From the IMG/VR virus record IMGVR_UViG_3300032290_000117, positions 1 to 24,812 of that record: DNA of 24,812 bases. One strand, given 5' to 3'. Below, one piece after another: positions 17,621 through 24,757 of the stretch (positions are counted from its first letter, which is position 1; the number at the start of each line of letters is the position of its first letter). The translations under genes and the position numbers were made by a program. A model generated the notes under the pieces. It made no database searches and was not told the origin of the DNA. It was given only the letters and a program-made list of their open reading frames with translations. This DNA is from a virus (taxonomy: Duplodnaviria > Caudoviricetes).

Positions 17621-17649
17621 AATAAAAAAGCGCATCAGATAATGCGCTT
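17621..17649 (-). terminator. Intrinsic terminator-like hairpin AAGCGCAT-tatctg-ATGCGCTT followed by TTTTATT
   Basis: Perfect 8-bp stem, 6-nt loop and U-tract on the minus strand; overlaps the stop codon of 17635..17817. Confidence 0.65.
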
Positions 17650-17817
17650 ACCGCCGGGCTTTTCAACCATCATGCGATTTTTAACACCAGTTGCAGCGGC
17701 GTTCTTCAAACCACCCATTTGCGAGAAGCGAGGTGTGTTGACGATCTGACCGTTTTGCTGAGTGTTGTCAGTTGGGTTGCGAGGTGCAGCAGCACCACGG
17801 GGTTTAAACAAATCCAT
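17635..17817 (-). CDS. Small basic disordered protein (60 aa)
   Basis: GGAG SD; MDLFKPRGA..PR.PTDN.QQNGQI.NTPRF; lies in the head operon. Confidence 0.8.
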   Translation of the reverse strand: MDLFKPRGAAAPRNPTDNTQQNGQIVNTPRFSQMGGLKNAAATGVKNRMMVEKPGGKRII

Positions 17818-17834
17818 AGTGATTTCTCCAAAAA

Positions 17835-18275
17835 TTATGACATCATGCCGGGAACTGCTGGCGCAGCAGCCATTGCTTTGCCTTCAGGTGTAGCACCCCC
17901 TGCTTGCGGCAAGGTTTGCAACATTTGTAAAATTTCAGACTTCTTAAGTTCTTCCATACCGTCAGAGTTTTTACCTGTCAGTTCGGATAATACTTTGATT
18001 GCTGAAATAACTTTTTTGCCTTCTTCTGAATCAGAGCCTATAGCTGGCAGTGCGCGTTTAATCAAATCCATCGCCAACCCAAGATTAACCATTGCTCCCT
18101 CTTTTGAACCCATTTTTGGTTCTGGAGTGGACATGGGCGCTGCCATTGGGGATGCGGATTCTTCGGTTTCGACTTCTTCCGTTTCGCCTTCTCCCATTTC
18201 CGGAGCTTCAGGAGCTTCTTTACTCCCTTTTTGCTGCTCCATGAGACGCATAACTTCTTCAGATGATACAGCCAT
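17835..18275 (-). CDS. Acidic M/E/P-rich head assembly-associated protein (146 aa)
   Basis: GGAG SD; disordered N-terminal half plus a helical core; between portal and scaffold. Confidence 0.8.
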   Translation of the reverse strand: MAVSSEEVMRLMEQQKGSKEAPEAPEMGEGETEEVETEESASPMAAPMSTPEPKMGSKEGAMVNLGLAMDLIKRALPAIGSDSEEGKKVISAIKVLSELTGKNSDGMEELKKSEILQMLQTLPQAGGATPEGKAMAAAPAVPGMMS

Positions 18276-18302
18276 AATAACTCCGTATGAAATTTGGCAA
18301 TA

Positions 18303-18336
18303 GAAATAAACAAATTACAAAACTTTGTCAAGTTTT
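18303..18336 (-). promoter_or_regulatory. Candidate promoter TTGACA-N17-TATTTC with a palindrome AAAACTT-GACA-AAGTTTT over the -35 box
   Basis: Perfect -35 (18326..18331) in an AT-rich intergenic gap; weak -10; perfect 7-bp-arm inverted repeat at 18319..18336. Confidence 0.5.
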
Positions 18337-18337
18337 A

Positions 18338-18508
18338 TTATCGTTTCATGCGCCCATAAGAGCCTCTATTTGGGCTTCGCTCCTGATATGTGCCCAAACG
18401 CTGAACTCGATACTGTAAAGTTGGCCCTTTTTCTTCTTGCCTTAATGCTTCTGAAGTAACTCTAGGTTGATCTGCTTTTGATGTAGTTTCTACGCCATTT
18501 GCGTTCAT
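18338..18508 (-). CDS. Small protein MNANGVETTSKADQPRVTSEALRQEEKGPTLQYRVQRLGTYQERSPNRGSYGRMKR (56 aa; not in ORF track)
   Basis: ATGA overlap with the portal stop; AGGAGGT SD inside the portal 3' end; tandem TAA TAA stop. Confidence 0.8.
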   Translation of the reverse strand: MNANGVETTSKADQPRVTSEALRQEEKGPTLQYRVQRLGTYQERSPNRGSYGRMKR

Positions 18509-20154
18509 GCTACCTCCTGTAAATTGGGTGGAGAGCTAGGTTTAGGCTGTTGTTGTTGCTGTTGTTGCAACATAGCCATTTCTTCCTGTTTTGCTTTATT
18601 TGACTTGAGTTTTTCTTTCAACAATTGCTTCATAGGCGGTTCTAGCAAGTCTAACAGACCTTCTTGGTCAATAGCACCAGCCTGATGCAGACTAAATGCT
18701 AAGTTTCTCAAGTCTTCTGTGAAGATTGGGCTATTGCTATGAGCATCGACCTTTACCATAAAGTCATCAGTGAATTGTTCAGGAATAAAATCATTACCAT
18801 CATCGTCTTTTAACATGATTGGTTGATATTTCTGAATGCACTTTAAGTAAAGCGTTGCCACTTTCTCAAGAGCGTCTTCAATAATCAATGCTCGTTTCTT
18901 TGCTCTGGAGCTGCCGAGTCTTGATAGCGATTCCGCATGAGATTTGGAGCGCACTCCCGCTTCACCTCGACCAGCCAACACGGGAGTAATACCGCTTGCT
19001 TCTGCAAACATTGCGTCCACTTCTCGGATGACTTCGAAAAGATCGTTTGGAATGTTTGGCGCAAGACGTTCGACCTTTGCACTTGGCATATCGCTAGAAA
19101 GCAAACCGCCAGCACGATTAAGCGCAAAGTTCTTTTCATCCAAAATACCGTTAAAGCCCATCAATGCAGTTGGTGGAGAGACTTGCTTATTAAGCAGATC
19201 AAGAATCTCACCCATGCGCTTATTACGTACATCTTGCAAGAACACTAAGCGCTGAACTTCACTCTGACCCCAATAATAATCATACTGAGGATTCGGACAG
19301 AACTGGATGAATGGCAACTCACCTTTCAGGAACATCTTTTCGCCCGGACGGTCATAAATAATAACGTCTGGATCAGCAATAGTTACGCACTGGTAGTCAC
19401 CAATTTCGTCATTGAATACCCATAGTTCGTGCATCTCAACCGTGTCTTCAGCAACTCTCGCCTTGTAACGATTCATGCCTGATAAATCTAGGTTGACGTT
19501 ACCCATTAGGCTTGGATTTGCCTGAGACATAATGATGCGGTCTATACCTTCGGGAACATCACTAGCCTGTTCGTGGAATGCTGTAGTTACACGCTTTAAA
19601 ATGCTGTCGCGTTTAGGGTGAGCATACAGTCTGGAATATAAATCAGACTTTGTGATGTAGTAGGTATGGACTAAGGCTTCTTGTCTGTCGGTGTACGGTG
19701 TGTCTTCACGCAAGACACCAATCGCACCCGGATCAACCATGTAAGGATTCAAACTTCCACCGGGGCCAATGATTAGCTTTGTGTAAGACGTGTTGTAGCA
19801 CAGCGACCAGAGCAAAACATTAGAGCAAACCTGATCCGTGTTTGAGCGCAGCCAATCATCGTTCAATAGATTTTGCATGGGGCGAATTTTTTTCTGTTCG
19901 CCAACCTGTACAGCAGCACCTAAGTTAATGGTGAAGCGCGTTGTCTCTGCAGAATATAAAAAGCTGCTTAGTTGATCTATGTGCGGATAAATTTTGTTAA
20001 AGATTGCTGGCGCGTCTTCGGGGCCAGAACCAAAAAGAAAGTAAGAGCGCAGAGCGGAGTAATCAGCCTTGCGTTCTTCTCTTGAGACTAAACATTTTCC
20101 GATGAGATCAATGTAGAACTGTTCTCTTTGTAGAGGCTCTGACGGAATTCTCAT
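18505..20154 (-). CDS. Portal protein (549 aa)
   Basis: Size and position after TerL; FNKIYPHID, LPF....P....YYWG.SEV and ASGIT..LAG motifs typical of podophage portals; Q/P-rich tail. Confidence 0.85.
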   Translation of the reverse strand: MRIPSEPLQREQFYIDLIGKCLVSREERKADYSALRSYFLFGSGPEDAPAIFNKIYPHIDQLSSFLYSAETTRFTINLGAAVQVGEQKKIRPMQNLLNDDWLRSNTDQVCSNVLLWSLCYNTSYTKLIIGPGGSLNPYMVDPGAIGVLREDTPYTDRQEALVHTYYITKSDLYSRLYAHPKRDSILKRVTTAFHEQASDVPEGIDRIIMSQANPSLMGNVNLDLSGMNRYKARVAEDTVEMHELWVFNDEIGDYQCVTIADPDVIIYDRPGEKMFLKGELPFIQFCPNPQYDYYWGQSEVQRLVFLQDVRNKRMGEILDLLNKQVSPPTALMGFNGILDEKNFALNRAGGLLSSDMPSAKVERLAPNIPNDLFEVIREVDAMFAEASGITPVLAGRGEAGVRSKSHAESLSRLGSSRAKKRALIIEDALEKVATLYLKCIQKYQPIMLKDDDGNDFIPEQFTDDFMVKVDAHSNSPIFTEDLRNLAFSLHQAGAIDQEGLLDLLEPPMKQLLKEKLKSNKAKQEEMAMLQQQQQQQPKPSSPPNLQEVA

Positions 20155-20630
20155 TTTTTATCCAATGATAAATTGTCTTGGTCTTGCATATAACTCGCAG
20201 GACGGGGCGGTGTCAAGTTCCCAACTTGGTTTGGCATGATACCAACTTGCTCACCAGCAACGGACGGGAACATATTTCCGCTCAATAAGTTGTTCATAGT
20301 AAGTTTACCACCTGCCCCACCCCATATAGCCGCATCTCCTGCGCGTGCTTCGCGTGGAGGCTCCGGCACACCCTTGGGTGCTGGCTTGTTATTGCGCGAA
20401 TAGTACCCCGCTTGACTGTCGCCCTCCCTTGCAGACTTGATATTTGTCATGTTGAAGTCGAGAGCAAGCTGGTCTAGCGTCTTGTCGTTGTGTTTTGTGG
20501 TGTCTGACTTGGTTCCTACTGGTTGCAAGAACACCATTTGGACGTTTTCAGTGCATCCATCAGGGCAAACAGGCTCCCAAGCCTCGAAAAACCCATGTAA
20601 ATCGCATTTATAATCGTGCATAACGCTCAT
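20151..20630 (-). CDS. Zn-ribbon (FmdB-like) protein (159 aa)
   Basis: N-terminal DYKCxxH.FFE....VCPxxC pattern; AGGGGAG SD. Confidence 0.65.
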   Translation of the reverse strand: MSVMHDYKCDLHGFFEAWEPVCPDGCTENVQMVFLQPVGTKSDTTKHNDKTLDQLALDFNMTNIKSAREGDSQAGYYSRNNKPAPKGVPEPPREARAGDAAIWGGAGGKLTMNNLLSGNMFPSVAGEQVGIMPNQVGNLTPPRPASYMQDQDNLSLDKK

Positions 20631-20632
20631 AT

Positions 20633-21037
20633 CTATCTCCCCTTAATTTGCTCATCTAAACTATAATCTGAGTAATCTAACCTGTTTTTAAGCCCTAATT
20701 TGAGCTTAATTCCACCATTTTCTACCTGCAAACCATATCCACGGACAATAACGGGCTTGGGTTTCTTCCTCCACTCAATCCATTTCTGTCCAAACCTAAT
20801 CATTACGGCTACTTCGCCATTTTTCCACGCTAAATACGCCTTGGAAACCCGTCTTTGCACCAATTCCGTCATGTTTGCCCGGTCGTAGAAGAAAATATCG
20901 TCCATTCTCGACTTATCTACCCCTGACAACTCGTAAAACAAGCGCATAGGTATCCCGCGCTTCTTGTCTGCGCGAAATCGCCTCATTATTTGCTTTAATT
21001 CCTCTTTAGGAATGATGTAATCATCATTACTGTCCAT
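20633..21037 (-). CDS. Putative HTH (Cro/XRE-like) DNA-binding protein (134 aa)
   Basis: RGIPMRLFYELSGVDKSRMDDIF fits a helix-turn-helix pattern; basic composition. Confidence 0.5.
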   Translation of the reverse strand: MDSNDDYIIPKEELKQIMRRFRADKKRGIPMRLFYELSGVDKSRMDDIFFYDRANMTELVQRRVSKAYLAWKNGEVAVMIRFGQKWIEWRKKPKPVIVRGYGLQVENGGIKLKLGLKNRLDYSDYSLDEQIKGR

Positions 21038-22787
21038 ACACCCCTATCCTTTTAAGGTAGTCAGATACGGTTCTGCCCACAACAATCTGCTCTGGTGTGC
21101 TGTCTTCCTGCGTTCTGCTAACACTTCGAGTAATTTTCTGTGCAATCAGGCGAGGCTGAAGCTGTTCAGCAAAGGCAGCGCAAGCCAAAGCGCTTGCCAT
21201 CACGCGATCATCCTTGTTTCTGCCTGACGCAAGGATAGAACCGCCATCACGCACGATGGTTTTCATCTCATCTATCAGATCAGTAGAAACAATCGTTATC
21301 ATCCCGCGCTCAAAGTAGTCTTTCATGTAAGAAAGCATACGTTCTTTGCTAGACGCTGTAGTCAACCAGCCAATAGAGTTAGACAAACCACCCATCGTGT
21401 CGTTACGCCGCCAGATGTAGTTGCTCATTGAACCCAAAACGTCCATCAGTTGATGTCCGGTTTTGCCACCCAACGCTGCGGCTTGACGTTTCAGATTGCG
21501 TAGCTCGTTAATGACTGCTTGACCGGGGCCATTTACTTCCAAGTTTAGTGTTGAGTTTTTGTACGCTCCAGCTAGGTGAGCAATCACCCACGCAAACTGG
21601 TAGGTGTTCATCTCTGGTGTAGCAAACTCTGCAACCTGCTCCATACCGTCAGCATAGCAACGGTACACTTGTATGCAAAAGCGATCAGCCCAATCAGAAC
21701 TGCCATAGGCAGGATCAGCACCAATGACATAAAAAGCTGTATCAATGGGTTCCTCCCATATCTTCAGTGTTGACATTCGGTCAGTAGATTTTAAAACCTC
21801 TGTATCAATAAAGTTAGCACCCATGCTGTAGCGGTAGTGGTCGCACTTAATCTGCTTAGCTATCTTCATAGCGTCCGTACAACGGGCGTTAGAAAAGAAG
21901 CTTAGCCCCGTCATGATGAAGGCATAGTCTTCAGTAGGCGGGAACTCCTGATACATCAACGCATCGTCTTTGATGCCTTCGTATAGCTTCCAGCGCCACC
22001 AAGCAATCTGCCGCGAGTTGATCTCTACGTTGTAGAGCTTCTTAATATCTCGCGTCCACTCTTTTTCTTCAGGCGTAAGCTTCCCATCCCAATACACTTT
22101 GTAGAGATTGGATTCACCCGGAACGGAGTAGAGTTGATTGCGCCACCAGCCACAAAAGATTGCGTGTTGAGAACGGGCACGTTTAGCAGTGGTGTACATA
22201 TCGTGAAACATATTAAATCCACGCGCAGTGGACTCGAAAATATACAGACGCTTCTCGTTGGTTTCAGCAAGAGAGGCCAGCAAAGATGCTAAGCCTTCTT
22301 CATCGCCCCACGAAGACGTTTCTGTTCCGTGAAGGAATGTGATGCCCTTGCCACGACCAAGACTTCCTTTCGCTCTAAGCCCTGCGACTTGATAAAAGAT
22401 TCGACTTCTGTTTTTGAGCGCAAGCGAGTTTCTATTGTGTGAGAGTATGGGTATCTTGTACTCTTTTGGTAAACCATCCATATAGGCCGAGAGTGTTCCT
22501 TTGAACATGTCTCTGTTTTCTTCAGTATCTGTGACCAGTGTTCCATTAAGTCCATTGTTTATGTAGTGCCAGTAGAGGTCTAGGGCCAAAGAAATAGTAG
22601 TGATGCCGAGTTGTCGGCCTTTCAAGATAACGAAGAAGTGGATGTTATCTTTCAAGCCATTCGCTATTTCTTCCATCACGTAGGTTTGCGTACCTAACAA
22701 ATCATCTAGGTTTCGCAGACCTTGCTCTTTTGTCTCAATCTTTAGTTGAGCGCAAAACTTGTAGAACTGATTTAGATTGAATTTCAT
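21027..22787 (-). CDS. terL: Terminase large subunit (586 aa)
   Basis: Walker A-like ILKGRQLGITT, Walker B-like FLHGTE, coupling motif ESTARG, YQEFP, RNase H nuclease motifs IGADPAYG, EVNGPG and KDDRVMA. Confidence 0.95.
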   Translation of the reverse strand: MKFNLNQFYKFCAQLKIETKEQGLRNLDDLLGTQTYVMEEIANGLKDNIHFFVILKGRQLGITTISLALDLYWHYINNGLNGTLVTDTEENRDMFKGTLSAYMDGLPKEYKIPILSHNRNSLALKNRSRIFYQVAGLRAKGSLGRGKGITFLHGTETSSWGDEEGLASLLASLAETNEKRLYIFESTARGFNMFHDMYTTAKRARSQHAIFCGWWRNQLYSVPGESNLYKVYWDGKLTPEEKEWTRDIKKLYNVEINSRQIAWWRWKLYEGIKDDALMYQEFPPTEDYAFIMTGLSFFSNARCTDAMKIAKQIKCDHYRYSMGANFIDTEVLKSTDRMSTLKIWEEPIDTAFYVIGADPAYGSSDWADRFCIQVYRCYADGMEQVAEFATPEMNTYQFAWVIAHLAGAYKNSTLNLEVNGPGQAVINELRNLKRQAAALGGKTGHQLMDVLGSMSNYIWRRNDTMGGLSNSIGWLTTASSKERMLSYMKDYFERGMITIVSTDLIDEMKTIVRDGGSILASGRNKDDRVMASALACAAFAEQLQPRLIAQKITRSVSRTQEDSTPEQIVVGRTVSDYLKRIGVYGQ

Positions 22788-22800
22788 TTTATAAAGTTCT

Positions 22801-23067
22801 TCATTTCTTTATTCTTCCTGCGTCAAAGCTATCAAGATTCCAGTTGGCGATACGTAGCCTTGCCTCTTTGTCTTTAGCAACACGCAGAAGCTCGTCTACT
22901 ATCTCTGGCCTGTACACTTCTCTCCACCCACGTACTAACTCTATCTTCTCCGCAGGTTTGATAGCTTTTATTGCTCTGTTCATCTCATTTTTCAAGATAC
23001 GTCTGGAGAGTAATAGTTCCTCCTTGTACTTATCCTGCGTATCGCTCTGCTGCGTAGAGTTCTCCAT
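22801..23067 (-). CDS. Hypothetical helical protein (88 aa), positional small-terminase candidate
   Basis: Directly upstream of TerL; AAGGTG SD-like sequence; no diagnostic motif. Confidence 0.65.
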   Translation of the reverse strand: MENSTQQSDTQDKYKEELLLSRRILKNEMNRAIKAIKPAEKIELVRGWREVYRPEIVDELLRVAKDKEARLRIANWNLDSFDAGRIKK

Positions 23068-23248
23068 TTAGCACCTTCTTCATCCTCGACAACTCAGATA
23101 GGCATTCTGCCAACAGGCTTGCAGAACGGGCTTGTTGACGGCGCAACTCCATCACCAGCTCAGCATGGTTCATACGACGAACCTCTTGCCAATAGTCATC
23201 TGCTTCCATATCCACATAGTCTTCATGCAACTCTATGACGTTACTCAT
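23030..23248 (-). CDS. Hypothetical coiled-coil protein (about 72 aa; start revised to MSNVIELH)
   Basis: ATG at 23248 forms an ATGA overlap with the upstream stop, with GGAG upstream. Confidence 0.7.
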   Translation of the reverse strand: MSNVIELHEDYVDMEADDYWQEVRRMNHAELVMELRRQQARSASLLAECLSELSRMKKVLNGELYAAERYAG

Positions 23249-23478
23249 TCTGATCTCCATACACGTATGCCATCACCTTCACGACGAGCAATAAACTTCA
23301 TGTTCAACTTCTTACCCGCCCTCCAATTACCGTTTAGCACCACTTGCATCTGCACACCCTCTACATAAAAGCTCTGCCCAACCCCCATCTCTGCATACGG
23401 ATACCGTCTTACCACCCTAGCCCCCGGCATAGGAACAGCATCATCAATAATAACTCCCATATCTACACCTCTATCCAT
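23245..23478 (-). CDS. Small phage protein, probably nucleic-acid binding (77 aa)
   Basis: I.D.VP.P......YP..EM.VG.SF.V...R...DG.RVWR pattern of a widespread phage family; AGGAGGT SD. Confidence 0.75.
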   Translation of the reverse strand: MDRGVDMGVIIDDAVPMPGARVVRRYPYAEMGVGQSFYVEGVQMQVVLNGNWRAGKKLNMKFIARREGDGIRVWRSE

Positions 23479-23499
23479 ATCAATACCTCCTAGCCATAA

Positions 23500-24153
23500 T
23501 CATATAACACCCGGACGCACACCATCCATCTTTTGTTTCCATACGGGTTTGCCATTAGGGAAAAGACTGAGCATATTCTTTGCATTAGCTAACTTGTCTT
23601 CTAGGCTCATGTTATAGAAGTGAACTATCCAATCCCCTAGCTGCCACTTAGTCGGATGCTGGTTCATGGTTTTGGCAGGAACTAAACTCACCATATCCCG
23701 AACCCACTTCTCCTCTTGCATCAGATTCCAGAGATGCGTCTGTTGCCGCCACGGGTACTGCTTCCACACATCAAAGTCATTAATCATTCTTTCTAGCAAC
23801 TTCTCACAGCGTCCAGCTCTAAAAATCATCACATCGTAATTTAGAGGCCACCAGCCAGTTTCTTCTCTCGCCACCATAACGCTGTCATACGGCTCAAATA
23901 CGTCTCTCACACTTATGTTGTGGTTCATGAAAAGAGTGTCCATGCCTACGTGCATCACAACATCGTAGTTCTTCAAATCCTCTAACAAACCCCTAATGTC
24001 ATCCAGAACAACATGGTTGAAGTTTTGGTAATCTAAATGATTGGCCTTGTAGTCATAGCCATGCTTAGCGCAGTACGCCTTGTGGTTAGCAGAACAAACC
24101 TCCGTCAACTCCTGAATGTTCTCAGACCAGTTACTCCTAATCAATACCCTCAT
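23500..24153 (-). CDS. GT-A fold glycosyltransferase-like protein (GT34 / GMA12-MNN10-like) with degenerate motifs (217 aa)
   Basis: N..AYC.KHGYDY, YDVV....DTLFMN, N...MIFR and GDWIVHF segments in GT34 order; GGGGAG SD. Confidence 0.7.
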   Translation of the reverse strand: MRVLIRSNWSENIQELTEVCSANHKAYCAKHGYDYKANHLDYQNFNHVVLDDIRGLLEDLKNYDVVMHVGMDTLFMNHNISVRDVFEPYDSVMVAREETGWWPLNYDVMIFRAGRCEKLLERMINDFDVWKQYPWRQQTHLWNLMQEEKWVRDMVSLVPAKTMNQHPTKWQLGDWIVHFYNMSLEDKLANAKNMLSLFPNGKPVWKQKMDGVRPGVI

Positions 24154-24180
24154 ACATATCTCCCCATAATCAACATAAAC

Positions 24181-24209
24181 ACTATAGACGAAAAAAAGCC
24201 CACCTACAA
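24181..24209 (-). promoter_or_regulatory. Candidate promoter TTGTAG-N17-TATAGT embedded in the terminator
   Basis: 17-nt spacing, 5/6 -10 match, placed about 30 nt before the GT start codon. Confidence 0.4.
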
Positions 24210-24219
24210 GAGATGGGCT
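24191..24219 (-). terminator. Intrinsic terminator AGCCCATCT-cttgt-AGGTGGGCT-TTTTTT
   Basis: 9-bp stem with one G-U pair, 5-nt loop and U-tract on the minus strand. Confidence 0.85.
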
Positions 24220-24335
24220 AAATGACTAGCCAAGCGAGGGGAGGCATAGTCAACACAGAAGGAAAATCAAGTTGCTGGTACTTACCCGTCCTTGGCAAAA
24301 CGTTCCGCGATCCACCATATCTAAGCTTTCCCAAC
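24191..24335 (-). ncRNA. Candidate ~145-nt structured small RNA or late leader RNA
   Basis: Begins about 7 nt after a -10 box, ends at an intrinsic terminator, folds into three successive hairpins, and has no convincing ORF. Confidence 0.55.
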
Positions 24336-24341
24336 GATTCA

Positions 24342-24370
24342 AGATTACCAGAACCACGAAAAACAGTAAA
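24342..24370 (-). promoter_or_regulatory. Sigma70-like promoter TTTACT-N17-TAATCT with extended -10 (TGg)
   Basis: Minus strand TTTACT gtttttcgtggttctgg TAATCT; predicted start coincides with the first stem (24335). Confidence 0.5.
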
Positions 24371-24710
24371 TTTCTTTGGGGAGGGAGCGGGATAGGGCAC
24401 GCAACAATCAAGGTCAAGACCCATCGACATAGACAAAAAGACAATAGCAAAGACAACAACAACAAGTCACAACCCTTTCCCATTTGAGTAGCGTTTAAAA
24501 CAATTCTAAGCACTAGCCAAGAGGTTAATCGGGGGAAGGGTAACCAACCCCTTACCCATTATGGCAATCGTCCAAGGGCGATGGTAGGGCGACTCACTGA
24601 CACTTTCCCCCATTGCACAATTACCAACTGCTATATATTTATATTAAACAACTTATATGTTAATTATATAAAGTACGTATATATATTATATAGATATATA
24701 TAGCCTATGA

Positions 24711-24730
24711 CTATTGTTTATAGACAATAG
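24711..24730. repeat. 20-bp near-perfect palindrome CTATTGTTTATAGACAATAG, operator-like
   Basis: Its reverse complement differs at only one symmetric pair; lies just upstream of the rightward promoter, next to a TA-rich tract. Confidence 0.6.
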
Positions 24731-24757
24731 ATTTTTAAATACAATGAACATAACCTA

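Noticed and set aside
18548-18568. Poly-Gln (CAA/CAG) tract at the portal C-terminus as a phase-variable repeat
   Set aside because: In-frame triplet repeat in a disordered tail, common in portals; it cannot switch the frame.
1-24153. Stop-codon reassignment
   Set aside because: Genes are full length in the standard code, and TAA, TGA and TAG all serve as stops at coupled junctions.
24271-24335. Possible self-cleaving ribozyme, tRNA or known riboswitch in the leader RNA
   Set aside because: No hammerhead CUGAnGA core, no cloverleaf or T-loop, and no riboswitch consensus I can recognise; left as an unassigned RNA.
24417-24465. CRISPR-like or iteron array
   Set aside because: Units are only 3-5 nt and irregularly spaced; there is no repeat-spacer structure.
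55-24487. All plus-strand ORFs in the track (e.g. 55..546, 13269..13715, 16346..16813, 17719..18303, 18937..19255)
   Set aside because: Nearly all are antisense shadows of well-supported minus-strand genes; they lack SD sequences and protein-like composition.
24218-24513. 72-, 87- and 71-aa ORFs across the control region
   Set aside because: No convincing RBS, low-complexity translations, and overlap with promoter, hairpin and terminator signals better explained as non-coding.
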